From Lysobacterales bacterium (GTDB lineage Bacteria; Pseudomonadota; Gammaproteobacteria; Xanthomonadales; SZUA-5): 64,000 nt of DNA. Shown here one piece after another: positions 31,533 to 40,819 of this stretch (the first letter of the stretch is position 1; each line of letters opens with the position of its first letter). The notes below the pieces were generated by a model. That model saw only the letters and a list, made by a program, of their open reading frames with translations, was not told the origin of the DNA and did no database searches. A program made the translations under genes and the position numbers. The stretch lies in NCBI GenBank assembly GCA_022844165.1, contig JALHMH010000002.1, positions 218,910 to 282,909 of the forward strand, given 5' to 3'.

Positions 31533-32341
31533 TTAGCCTGTGGTTTCTGTCGCTGACAGCGCACGCGCAGAGCTACTTTCAGTGCGGCGATCTGGCCGCC
31601 CTGGAAAGGGGGCCTGAGGCACTTGGCGAACGGGTCGATCGCGACCTCTGTCGGCGCAGCAACGTTCGTGGCGTCGATACGCTGCACTGCGAGGGTGTCG
31701 CGAAGTCAGCCTTCGGTCTCACAACAAGTGAGGTTTCCGCGAGTGCCGGGATTGGCGGAACACGGCGTCTGACGCTGGTGTTTCGCGCGGGCAGCGAGCG
31801 AGTTCTCGCCGCCGTGGAGCGATCGCTACCGGTCGAGTTTGAGCCCGATGGTGTCGATTGGTTCGCCATCGCGATCGATGATGTGCGTCGGCGCTTTCGG
31901 ATCAGCGAGCGCGATGATGGGGCGACGCTGCTCGCATGTGAGCTGACCGGCTCTGCCAATCGCGCGCTCGGAGGCGCTATCGAAGGCCGCTTGCGCTATG
32001 AAAAGGCGGCGCGCGTGAGCACGCGGGTATGCGCGATTCCTGTCGATACCGATTTGCCACTCGCATGCCTTGAGCTGCCGCCTCGACTCAAACAGTTCCG
32101 GATCGAGGGATTGCCGGCAGCCGCGTACTTTGTCGCCGCGTACCCGCTTCAAGACAATGCCCTCGGCATGGTGGCAGCCTATGCGCGCCGTCTGCGCGAT
32201 TGCCATGACCAGCCAGGCTGCGTCGCGGCTCTGATCGTACCGGTCGAGGTGCGCGCGGGTCAGCGCTCCGTGGGAATCGACATCGAACAGCGTTTCGCCG
32301 AAGTGCCCGAACGCGTGCGCCGAGTGCGTCTGGGCCGCTGA
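31505..32341 (+). CDS. Hypothetical exported Cys-containing protein; probable start lies inside the repeat
   Basis: MLAGLRRSLVSLWFLSLTAHAQ resembles a signal peptide; long ORF with several Cys. Confidence 0.65.
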   Translation: MLAGLRRSLVSLWFLSLTAHAQSYFQCGDLAALERGPEALGERVDRDLCRRSNVRGVDTLHCEGVAKSAFGLTTSEVSASAGIGGTRRLTLVFRAGSERVLAAVERSLPVEFEPDGVDWFAIAIDDVRRRFRISERDDGATLLACELTGSANRALGGAIEGRLRYEKAARVSTRVCAIPVDTDLPLACLELPPRLKQFRIEGLPAAAYFVAAYPLQDNALGMVAAYARRLRDCHDQPGCVAALIVPVEVRAGQRSVGIDIEQRFAEVPERVRRVRLGR

Positions 32342-32360
32342 TCTTCAGGCAACACGCCCC

Positions 32361-32424
32361 CGAAATTGCGCAGCGCGGATTGTGGCAAGTACGGTGTCGG
32401 GCGAAGCCAACATCGCCAGGCGGT
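32361..32424 (+). repeat. Partial copy (module A) of the dispersed element
   Basis: GGATTGTGGCAAGTACGGTGTCGGGCGAAGCCAACA matches 31293-31328. Confidence 0.8.
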
Positions 32425-32425
32425 T

Positions 32426-32749
32426 TTATTCGGCGCGCAACATTTCGACGAGCGGTGCCAGGACGCGGCGTTCGATCTGGAATTGTCCCTTGAACTTCTC
32501 CAACGCCTTGGCGCGCATGGCCGGCGCAAACTCACGCAGGTATCGCGTTAAACTGTTGTGGCTGTCTAAGCGATAGGCGACGACCAGCCGCTGATGCTCG
32601 CTATCTTCCTGCTCGGGCTCGACGACAAAAACCTCAGCGCTGACGAATCCGGGCAGGGTCAGCAACTCACGCACGTGCTCGCCCAGCCATCCGCGATACT
32701 CATCAGCAATGGCGTTGCGTACGGTGATGTTGACCTCATAAACAAGCAT
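32426..32749 (-). CDS. DUF4286-like small protein
   Basis: MLVYEVN..W..HV..LL.LPGF..A; YLREFAPAMRA..F..ERR pattern. Confidence 0.75.
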   Translation of the reverse strand: MLVYEVNITVRNAIADEYRGWLGEHVRELLTLPGFVSAEVFVVEPEQEDSEHQRLVVAYRLDSHNSLTRYLREFAPAMRAKALEKFKGQFQIERRVLAPLVEMLRAE

Positions 32750-32761
32750 CGGCAGTGTCCC

Positions 32762-33943
32762 TCAGAGATTGGCCAGGCTCAGCACGAGCGCACCTAGAAT
32801 AGTAAAGGTAATCAGAAACAGATACGCAGCGCTGACGATGCTAAACGCGAACATCGCGCCCCACCAGGTTTGGCGATAAACACGCTTCTGCGTCAGAAAT
32901 AAATTCAGCGGGATCCACGCTGACGTCAGCCCGACAATCCAATTCGGAATCCACTCCCAGGCTGGCCCAACCCACTCGGAGATGTAGTTGAACCCGATGA
33001 TGACCAGGATCGCCATATAGATGAAGGTATGGCTGTGGATCGCCACCATCAAATGTTCCATATACAACCGACGTTTGAAGATCAGCACGACTTTGAGCAG
33101 CAAAGCAAACAACGGCAGCAGTACGAACAACGACTGAGGCAATACACGCAGGAATGCGGCGCCCAGACGTTTGGGATCCTCGCGCGCCAGTTCGACGTTG
33201 TCTCGCAATAGACCGATGAAGAGATTGATGCGGTCATTGACGATCGTCGGCAACGACTCGAAAACTAACGGATTGTCGACCGGATGCCATGGATCGGGGC
33301 CGCCGAACTTGAACTCGATGGGCTTTCGTTCTTTGGCTGGCTTCTGATCTGGCGCTCCGGCAGGCGTCGGCTTCTGGCTTGAATCAGCGGTGGCGGCGGG
33401 CACCGTATCGACTTTGGTAGGCTGCTCGCCGGGCTTGGCGGCAGGCGTCGGCGTTTGCGAATCCGCAGCGGGCGCTGAATCGGTGGTCGTATTGACCGCG
33501 GCGTCTGCAGGCGCATCCGCACCGACGTCCCTCGGTTCGGAGCCCGCCGTTACCGGACCAAACTTAATATCGCCGTCTTCCGACACTTTCATGTCGAGTT
33601 CGGCCATGGAGCTGATCACGATGAACAGGATGGCGCTGGTGATGAGGTAAATTCGCAGTGGCCGAACGAAGCTCATGCGTTTTCCGGCCAGATACCCTTG
33701 CGTTAATCGACCGGGCCGGACGAACAGATCGCGCAGCGTGCGCCAAAGGCGCGCATCGACATCGAACAAATAGTCGAGAGCGTCGCTGCCGAGTGAGATC
33801 ACATCGCGGATCGGCGTTTTCTCCGGCTGTCCGCAGACGTGGCAAAACGGACCCTGCAGCGGCGCATCACAATTGGCGCAGGTCTTGTCGAGCCACGCAA
33901 TAGCTTTGCGCTGACGCCTCGTCAGTGGCCGGCTCTCGCTCAT
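32762..33943 (-). CDS. DUF3667 domain membrane protein
   Basis: N-terminal CANC..GPFCHVCGQ, RPGRLTQGYLAGKR..RPLRIY, Pro/Ala-rich linker, C-terminal TM helices. Confidence 0.85.
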   Translation of the reverse strand: MSESRPLTRRQRKAIAWLDKTCANCDAPLQGPFCHVCGQPEKTPIRDVISLGSDALDYLFDVDARLWRTLRDLFVRPGRLTQGYLAGKRMSFVRPLRIYLITSAILFIVISSMAELDMKVSEDGDIKFGPVTAGSEPRDVGADAPADAAVNTTTDSAPAADSQTPTPAAKPGEQPTKVDTVPAATADSSQKPTPAGAPDQKPAKERKPIEFKFGGPDPWHPVDNPLVFESLPTIVNDRINLFIGLLRDNVELAREDPKRLGAAFLRVLPQSLFVLLPLFALLLKVVLIFKRRLYMEHLMVAIHSHTFIYMAILVIIGFNYISEWVGPAWEWIPNWIVGLTSAWIPLNLFLTQKRVYRQTWWGAMFAFSIVSAAYLFLITFTILGALVLSLANL

Positions 33944-34920
33944 GGGCGCAACAAACGCTGCTGGCGCATCCAGTGGATGGTATCGCCCAACAAACGGTCG
34001 AGCGGCGTGGTTTGCAGCCCTAGTTCGGTCTGCGCTTTGCGGCAATCGCAGCGCATATGGTGGCAAACAAAGGCAACAGCTTCAGGCGTGATGTCCGGTT
34101 CTTTGCCGGTCATCCGACTGAGCATATCCAGGGCTCGCGCATATCCGCGCAGCAAGGGCGCTGGCACGGCGCGCGACGGTACCGATTTGCCCAGAACCTT
34201 GCCAATTCGCTGGACCAGATCGAGGAACGTGGTTTCTTCGCCTCCGAGCAAAAAGCTCTCGCCGCTGCGCGCGCGCTCGGCCGCCATGACCTGCGCTTTG
34301 GCCACTTCGCGCACATCGACGAACGCGCCGCTGCCGGGCGGCACGCCGGGCAACTTTCCCTGGTCCACCAGCAAGATCAGCCGACCCCAGCTTTGCGTAT
34401 CGCCTGGCCCCAGGATGTGGGTCGGGTTAACGATGACCACGTCGAGGCCGCGGGCCAGACCCTCGCGCGCCCTGGCCTCGCCGAGCGCCTTGCTGCGCGA
34501 GTAGTTGACCCAAGAGTCCAATCCCAGGTGCGGCGAGCGCTCGCTGATGTAATCGTCGGTAAAACCAAACACGGCGACGCTGCTGGTATGAACCAGTCGT
34601 TTGACCTTGCTCGCCAACGCGGCTGCGACCACATTCTCGGTCCCACCGACGTTGATCGCTGTCTGCTGCGCAAACTTCGGTTTCCAGGATGCCGTGCTTG
34701 CCGCCACGTGAAAAACCCAGTCGACGCCCCGCGTTGCGTGTTCCAACGACGCCCGATCGAGCACATCGCCCTGTACTGTCTCGATGTCTAACTCGTTGAT
34801 GGCGGCCAGCGTTGATGGCGAGCGATACAGCGCGCGAACGCTGTGGCCGCGGTCGAGCAGCTCACGTACGAGGTGCCCACCCAAGAAGCCGGTGGCGCCG
34901 GTAACCAGTGCAAGAGCCAT
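33940..34920 (-). CDS. NAD-dependent epimerase/dehydratase (dihydroflavonol-4-reductase-like)
   Basis: TGATGFLG, HTSS, YSRSK. Confidence 0.9.
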   Translation of the reverse strand: MALALVTGATGFLGGHLVRELLDRGHSVRALYRSPSTLAAINELDIETVQGDVLDRASLEHATRGVDWVFHVAASTASWKPKFAQQTAINVGGTENVVAAALASKVKRLVHTSSVAVFGFTDDYISERSPHLGLDSWVNYSRSKALGEARAREGLARGLDVVIVNPTHILGPGDTQSWGRLILLVDQGKLPGVPPGSGAFVDVREVAKAQVMAAERARSGESFLLGGEETTFLDLVQRIGKVLGKSVPSRAVPAPLLRGYARALDMLSRMTGKEPDITPEAVAFVCHHMRCDCRKAQTELGLQTTPLDRLLGDTIHWMRQQRLLRP

Positions 34921-34990
34921 ACAAGTTCCCCAGGGACCAGAACGGGCAGATATTGAATAGTGAATCGCGACTCGGAAAGCAAATGTCTGG

Positions 34991-35343
34991 CGAGGCTTCG
35001 TCTCGGACCGCCGAGCATTGTTGGCTTCGTTCGACAGCGTACTTGCCACAATCCTGCGCGCTTCGGGCATTTCCGGCCCAGCGGCGCAGTCGCTGGGCGT
35101 TCGACTCGACACACGCCTGCGGCGTGTCAGCGCCGAGTCTTAGCCCTATAACTTAGCGAGGCTTCGCCTCAGACCGCCGAGCATTGCTGGCTTCGTCCGA
35201 CAGCGTACTCGCCACAACCGCGCGCTCCGCGCGCCCCCTTGACTCAATGGGGCTTCTAAAGCCAAAGCCGATCCGACGAAAACTTGACTCAAATGAGAAG
35301 ATCCGGCTCCGTCAAGGACTTTGGCGAAGTTTCGCCTCAGACC
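34991..35343 (-). repeat. Tandem cluster of the dispersed element: partial unit 34991-35140, full 163-bp unit 35157-35319, fragment 35325-35343
   Basis: Reverse complement aligns with 31114-31532; junction AAGGAC-TTTGG-CGAAG mirrors AAGGAC-TATAG-CGAGG. Confidence 0.92.
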
Positions 35344-35430
35344 TTAACTCGGGACCGAATCCACAGCGCGATCAACTCGCACTGCTTCCGGCGCACCACA
35401 CCAGCCCGGCTGCACCAGGAACAGGCCACG

Positions 35431-35458
35431 GAACTTTCCCAGCTGAAGCCTGGTCTAT
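35431..35458 (+). promoter_or_regulatory. Putative autoregulatory sigma-E promoter
   Basis: GAACTT-N17-TCTAT, matching the RpoE/AlgU consensus, about 100 nt upstream of rpoE. Confidence 0.75.
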
Positions 35459-35558
35459 GTGCGCAAACCAGCCAGCAGGACTTTCCATGGGGATCGTGAC
35501 AGCATTGCGGGTGATACCGCGGACGCAGCCGGCGCCGCAACAACGATCGGGAGGGGCG

Positions 35559-36137
35559 GTGGAGGAGGCGGCAATCGATGCAGCGTTGGTCGAGCGCGTG
35601 CAGGCCGGCGAGCGACTGGCGTTCGACCTGTTGGTTCGCAAATATCAGCATCGCATCGTGGCGCTGATTCAGCGTTTCGTGCCCGATTGGCACGAGGCAC
35701 AGGATGTAGCGCAAGAAGCCTTCATCAAGGCCTATCGGGCGCTACCGAACTTCCGCGGCGACAGTGCGTTTTACACATGGATGTACAAGATCGCCGTGAA
35801 TTGCGCGAAGAACTTTTTGGTGTCGCAATCGCGCCGACCACCTTCCGACGATGTGCTGATGGATGACGCCGAACGTGTCGATAGCAATTCGCGGATGAGT
35901 GAGGCGGCGACACCGGACAACGAGTACCTGCGCCAGGAAGTGGAACGCACTGTCTTGGCGGCCGTGGACGAACTGCCTGAGGATATTCGTCAGGCGCTCA
36001 CGCTTCGCGAAATCGATGGCCTGAGTTACGAGGAAATTGCCGAGGTCATGAACTGCCCGATCGGCACGGTGCGTTCGCGGATTTTTCGCGGCCGCGATGC
36101 AGTCGATAAACGCCTCCGACCGCTGCTGCACGGTTGA
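35559..36137 (+). CDS. rpoE: ECF sigma factor RpoE (alternative start 35487)
   Basis: LVERVQAGE..AFDLLVRKYQ, DVAQEAFIKAYR, FRGDSAFYTW, CPIGTVRSRIFR. Confidence 0.95.
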   Translation: MEEAAIDAALVERVQAGERLAFDLLVRKYQHRIVALIQRFVPDWHEAQDVAQEAFIKAYRALPNFRGDSAFYTWMYKIAVNCAKNFLVSQSRRPPSDDVLMDDAERVDSNSRMSEAATPDNEYLRQEVERTVLAAVDELPEDIRQALTLREIDGLSYEEIAEVMNCPIGTVRSRIFRGRDAVDKRLRPLLHG

Positions 36138-36192
36138 ATGAGTCGCCCGTTTTGAATCAAATTCATACAACCCATCTTAAGTACCAAATACT

Positions 36193-36795
36193 ATGAACGA
36201 TTCCATCCAAGAACAGTTGTCGGCGCTCATGGACGGCGAGTTGTCGCGTGACGAACGTGGCTTCCTGATGCGGCGGTTGGAACACGATGCAGATCTCCGT
36301 TCGGCTTGGACGCGGATGCATCTGATGCGCGACGTGCTGAGCCGCAAACAGAGTTCGGCGCCGAACGACCTGGCGGATCGCGTCATGCAGGCTTTGGCGC
36401 AAGAAGAGCGTAAGTTCTCGAGCGCGCCACGTTCGCGGCGCTGGCGACCATTCGCCGGCGCAGCGCTGGCGGCATCGATCGCTCTCGTGGCAGTGCTGAG
36501 CATTCGCACTGACGTACCGTCAGCAGCACCGACTGTGGCTTCGCAACCGGCAACACGTGGCGCGCTGCCAGAGGGTGTTCCCGGGCCGATCATTCCCGAC
36601 GCTCGCATGTTGTCGGCTGGCGTGCAGCCCGTATCTGCATCGTCGTCGGTGGTGTTGCGTCCTGCGCCAGGTTTGACGCCGAACGATGTCTTGTTGTTGC
36701 AACACGGCCAGTTATCGAACTCAGCCTGGACGGTTGGCGTCGATCATGTCTATGAGATTCCTGCTCGGTCGGCCGTTTACGAGCCCACGCGTTGA
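36193..36795 (+). CDS. rseA: Anti-sigma-E factor RseA/MucA
   Basis: EQLSALMDGEL, W.RMHLMRD, central AAS-containing TM helix; follows rpoE. Confidence 0.88.
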   Translation: MNDSIQEQLSALMDGELSRDERGFLMRRLEHDADLRSAWTRMHLMRDVLSRKQSSAPNDLADRVMQALAQEERKFSSAPRSRRWRPFAGAALAASIALVAVLSIRTDVPSAAPTVASQPATRGALPEGVPGPIIPDARMLSAGVQPVSASSSVVLRPAPGLTPNDVLLLQHGQLSNSAWTVGVDHVYEIPARSAVYEPTR

Positions 36796-37634
36796 GAACG
36801 CTACTCGCACTCGTTGCGCTCGCAACCGCCGGGCCGCTTGCGGCCAATGATTGGGCGCAGTGGTTCGCGCGGGCAGAGCGGGCGCAACGCTCGCTCAACT
36901 TCGATGGCGTTCTGGTCGTCGATACCGAGGATGATCTGCGCGCATTCGATGTCCGCCAACGTGTGACACAAAACGGCATCGAGCAGAGCCTGACGGCGCT
37001 CGACGGCGATGGTCGGCGTCTGGTACGCGGCCCGCAAGGCGTCTCGGTGCTCATGGGGCAAGGCGACCAACGTCTCGCGGTTGCGCCGTTGAACCTGACG
37101 GCCCCGCTATTGGAACCGCTGGCGCGCGCATACGCCGTCGCGCTCGGCTCGCGCGAGCGCATCGCAGGGCGCGACGCGCAGCGCATCGACTTGACACCGC
37201 ACACGGCTGATCGATTCGCGATGCGCTTGTGGTTGGACTTCGAAACCGGTCTGCCGCTGCGCGGCGATCAGCTCAGCCTTGACGGCCAGCCACTCGAGCG
37301 CCGCATGCTTGCCAAACTGACCGTGCTGGGCTTTGGCCGTGGCGGCGCGGCGCCTCCGGTATCGCAACTGACGCCGTTGCGTGATGGTTTCGTCACAGTA
37401 GCCGCCGAACGGCCTGTCCAGGGCCTGCGGAACTCGCGCCAGTGGTTACTGACCGACGGTGTTGCCTACGTCTCAGTGTTTTCGGTGCAGGACAGTGCTG
37501 GCATCAGCGCCTGGCGCCACGGCGCCATGGCACAACAACCGGTCATCACTCCCAACGGCACTTTGGTTGTGCTCGGAAACGCGCCGGACGCCACTTTGCG
37601 CGCACTTGCCGAAGCAGTCGCGTCCGACGAGTAG
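36792..37634 (+). CDS. rseB: RseB/MucB periplasmic regulator
   Basis: Signal peptide, ALDG, ERIAGRDA, LWLDFETGLPL, TDGVAYVSVF. Confidence 0.82.
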   Translation: MRTLLALVALATAGPLAANDWAQWFARAERAQRSLNFDGVLVVDTEDDLRAFDVRQRVTQNGIEQSLTALDGDGRRLVRGPQGVSVLMGQGDQRLAVAPLNLTAPLLEPLARAYAVALGSRERIAGRDAQRIDLTPHTADRFAMRLWLDFETGLPLRGDQLSLDGQPLERRMLAKLTVLGFGRGGAAPPVSQLTPLRDGFVTVAAERPVQGLRNSRQWLLTDGVAYVSVFSVQDSAGISAWRHGAMAQQPVITPNGTLVVLGNAPDATLRALAEAVASDE

Positions 37635-37650
37635 CGCTGCGGATGCGCGC

Positions 37651-38109
37651 TCAAGCGGAACGCAGCGCCTTGCGAATGATCTCTCCCGAATAACCACGCG
37701 ACTGCAAGAATCGCGACCGACGCGCTGCGTCTTTTGCGCCTTCAGCGGGAAGTTCGCCAAATTTCTTGCGCAACAACTCGCGAGCAGCTGCCAGCCAATC
37801 GATGTCTGTATCGAAGATGCCCTGGCCGTCCTCCAGGCCCGCAATGCTCAATTTGGCACGGATCAGCTGCGGTCCATGACCTCTACGTAATCCACTGCTG
37901 ATTCGCACTTCTGCAGCACGGGAGTCGTCTTGATATCCGCGCTCGACCAATTCGTTCAATGCGGCGTCGATATCGTCCTTTGCATAACCGCGCTGACGCA
38001 ACTTCAAGCTCAGTTCGCTACGCGAATGCTCGCGGCGCGCCAGGAGCGCCAGCGCCACGTCCTTGGCGGGTCGTGGCGCGCGCTGCGGGCGCTCAGTCCG
38101 CATCGCCAC
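37651..38109 (-). CDS. recX: Regulatory protein RecX
   Basis: [24 protein letters not shown]; directly after recA. Confidence 0.92.
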   Translation of the reverse strand: MAMRTERPQRAPRPAKDVALALLARREHSRSELSLKLRQRGYAKDDIDAALNELVERGYQDDSRAAEVRISSGLRRGHGPQLIRAKLSIAGLEDGQGIFDTDIDWLAAARELLRKKFGELPAEGAKDAARRSRFLQSRGYSGEIIRKALRSA

Positions 38110-39118
38110 CGGCTGCCACCGCCGGCAACTTTACATCCAGCAACTTCTCGCGGATGCGCGTTTCGATCTCCTGCGCCATCTCTTTGCGCTCCTTCAAAAA
38201 CAGGCGCACATTGTCCTTGCCCTGACCGATGCGTTCGCCCTTGTAACTGTACCAGGCGCCGGACTTTTCGATCAGATTCTGTGCCACGCCCATTTCGATG
38301 ATTTCGCCCTCGCGCGAGATGCCCTCGCCGTAGAGAATTTCGAAATCCGCCTGGCGGAAGGGTGGCGCCATCTTGTTCTTAACCACTTTGACGCGGGTTT
38401 CCGAACCGATCACCTCATCGCCGCGTTTGACGCTGCCAACCCTGCGGATGTCCAGGCGAATCGAGGCATAGAACTTAAGCGCGTTGCCGCCGGTTGTCGT
38501 CTCCGGGCTGCCGAACATGACGCCGATCTTCATGCGAATCTGATTGATGAAGATCACCATACAGTTACTGCGTTTGATATTGCCGGTCAGTTTGCGCAGC
38601 GCCTGGCTCATCAGTCGTGCTTGCAGGCCGACGTGAGAGTCGCCCATTTCGCCCTCGATTTCGGCCTTGGGCACCAGGGCTGCCACCGAATCAACGACGA
38701 CCACATCGACCGCACCGGAACGCACCAGCATGTCGGTGATTTCCAGCGCTTGCTCGCCTGTGTCCGGCTGCGAAACCAGCAGATCATCGACGTTGACACC
38801 CAGCTTTTCGGCGTACGTCGGGTCAAGCGCATGTTCGGCATCGACGAACGCAGCGGTACCGCCCATGCGCTGCGCGGCAGCAACCACCTGCAACGTGAGC
38901 GTGGTTTTACCTGAAGACTCCGGTCCGTAGATTTCGACCACACGCCCACGCGGCAGGCCGCCAATTCCCAGTGCCACATCCAGGCCCAGCGAACCCGTGG
39001 AAATCGCTTCGACGGCGTCGGATGTCCGGTCGCCCATGCGCATCACGGTGCCTTTGCCAAACTGCTTCTCGATCTGCGATAGCGCAGCCGACAGCGCACG
39101 GCGCTTATTGTCGTCCAT
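38093..39118 (-). CDS. recA: Recombinase RecA
   Basis: [43 protein letters not shown]. Confidence 0.99.
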   Translation of the reverse strand: MDDNKRRALSAALSQIEKQFGKGTVMRMGDRTSDAVEAISTGSLGLDVALGIGGLPRGRVVEIYGPESSGKTTLTLQVVAAAQRMGGTAAFVDAEHALDPTYAEKLGVNVDDLLVSQPDTGEQALEITDMLVRSGAVDVVVVDSVAALVPKAEIEGEMGDSHVGLQARLMSQALRKLTGNIKRSNCMVIFINQIRMKIGVMFGSPETTTGGNALKFYASIRLDIRRVGSVKRGDEVIGSETRVKVVKNKMAPPFRQADFEILYGEGISREGEIIEMGVAQNLIEKSGAWYSYKGERIGQGKDNVRLFLKERKEMAQEIETRIREKLLDVKLPAVAAGGDAD

Positions 39119-39303
39119 GTTGCTTCCTTTATGACAGTGGATGGAGAGCCACGTTCTCCCGCAGCCCGTTCTCAGATCTTGAGAATGGGCTCACTATGCC
39201 ACACGGACTCGGGGCTGGATGTCAGAAAACGATGTCAGTTGTTGTCGGAAATTTCCTACAAACGCGCAGTTGGTCGCGCTGGTACACGTGGGCAGGCAAA
39301 GCG

Positions 39304-40404
39304 CTACGCAACCTCGCGGCGACGCCGCAGCGGACGGGCGTGAAACAGGTATCGATCAAGCGTCCTTAGAACCGGATGGGTGGGCACAAGGCGAGGCCGC
39401 AGGACTCGGTGTGCGGCGTTCAACCATCGCCGCGCTCGAGATCGATCGCCCAGCTCGATCGCCACACCCGCCAGCCCAATTCGGACCTGGGCGACCTCCG
39501 GGCTGTATCCACCCAGCAAATGGCGCTTGACCGTCAAAGCCCGGCGATAGGCCTGGTACGCATCCTGCCAGCGCTCGCGCAGAGCGAGAGCGGCAGCCAG
39601 GCTGTGGTGCGCGCGCGCAACTGTGAGGTGGCGTTGCCCATAGGCGAGTTCGAATGCCTCTATCGCAGATCGATAGCGTTGTTCTGCCTCTCCGTAGCTG
39701 CCAATCGCATCGAGCACAATTGCATATGCGACGGATTCGGCGTGGGTGCGCACATGCATGTCGCCGAAAGCGTCGCGTGCACACTGCCAGCTTGCGCGGG
39801 CGTATGGCTCCGCCCGGGCATAGTCCCCACAGGCGTGGTATGTGCCGCCAAGATTGCGAAACAAATCGGCCAGCAGCAGCGTATTGGCCGTGCCCCGTCG
39901 ATTCAGTGCCCCAAGCGGTTGCTCGAATAGCTCAATCGCATCGCGGAAGCGACCGCAGTTCTTGTAGGCGATGCCAAGATTGTTCATTGCCATGAAGGAC
40001 TCATCGCTGTCGATGCCGAATGTCGCTTGCGCCACGTGGACGGCTTGCTCCAGTTCCGGCTGCTCCAGCCCCGATTGCCCGAGCATCAGGCACAGATCCC
40101 CAATCATCGTGAGTGTGCGGATCCGAATGTGACTGGCTTCCTGACCCGCCCACCCTGGCCCCATCAACTCGGTCACCGCCGCGGCCTTGCGGGCCTCGTG
40201 CAAGGCCCTGGAGAAGTCCTGACGACCTGCCTCGATTTCGGCCAGATCATTGTAGAGATTGGCCAGATCCGCACTTTTATTGCCGAGCGCTTTTTGCGTC
40301 AGGTCGATCGCCTGTCGGCAGCGTCGAGCGGCCAGTTGCCAACGGCGCGCCGCGATCTGTTGCCGCATCTCAGCTTGCAGTATCTTGACCCGCTTCATGC
40401 TCAT
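39304..40404 (-). CDS. Tetratricopeptide repeat protein (kinesin-light-chain-like repeats)
   Basis: Repeated NNLG..Y..G, G..H..VA motifs; RBS AGGAG upstream. Confidence 0.8.
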   Translation of the reverse strand: MSMKRVKILQAEMRQQIAARRWQLAARRCRQAIDLTQKALGNKSADLANLYNDLAEIEAGRQDFSRALHEARKAAAVTELMGPGWAGQEASHIRIRTLTMIGDLCLMLGQSGLEQPELEQAVHVAQATFGIDSDESFMAMNNLGIAYKNCGRFRDAIELFEQPLGALNRRGTANTLLLADLFRNLGGTYHACGDYARAEPYARASWQCARDAFGDMHVRTHAESVAYAIVLDAIGSYGEAEQRYRSAIEAFELAYGQRHLTVARAHHSLAAALALRERWQDAYQAYRRALTVKRHLLGGYSPEVAQVRIGLAGVAIELGDRSRARRWLNAAHRVLRPRLVPTHPVLRTLDRYLFHARPLRRRREVA

Positions 40405-40819
40405 GGCAATCTCCTTCTGGCCCGAGCAGCGACGTAACTTCGCGGATCAATGAGACAAACGGCGAGCGGCCACATGACACAAAGCTGCGTGGGCGCCTGG
40501 ATGTCGCCGGACGTGGTCCAGGGCGCCCGCGCAGGTGCCGCTAACTGAAATGGGTGGCGTAGTGGGCGGCCAACGTGCGCCTCGTGAATGGCTGGGAATG
40601 CTGTCGCGTTGACGTAAGAGCGTGAAAAGATGGGACATCGCAATGCAGGCACACCGATGCCTGGTGTGGTTTCGCACGACCCGTCCGCTCGAAGCTGAAT
40701 ACGGCCTGCAGTGATCTGATCGGTTCTTGCACAGAACAGCAAAAAGCCACCAAAGGCGGCTTGAGCTATCCACGGCGCTCGCGGTACGCTCCCACCACTT
40801 CACAATTTTCTAACTTACG

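Noticed and set aside
35184-35558. Long N-terminal extensions of RpoE (similarly LolA, epimerase, RND, DnaB, SCO) in the ORF track
   Set aside because: They run through repeats, intergenic DNA or neighbouring genes in GC-rich sequence; downstream starts fit the family N-termini.
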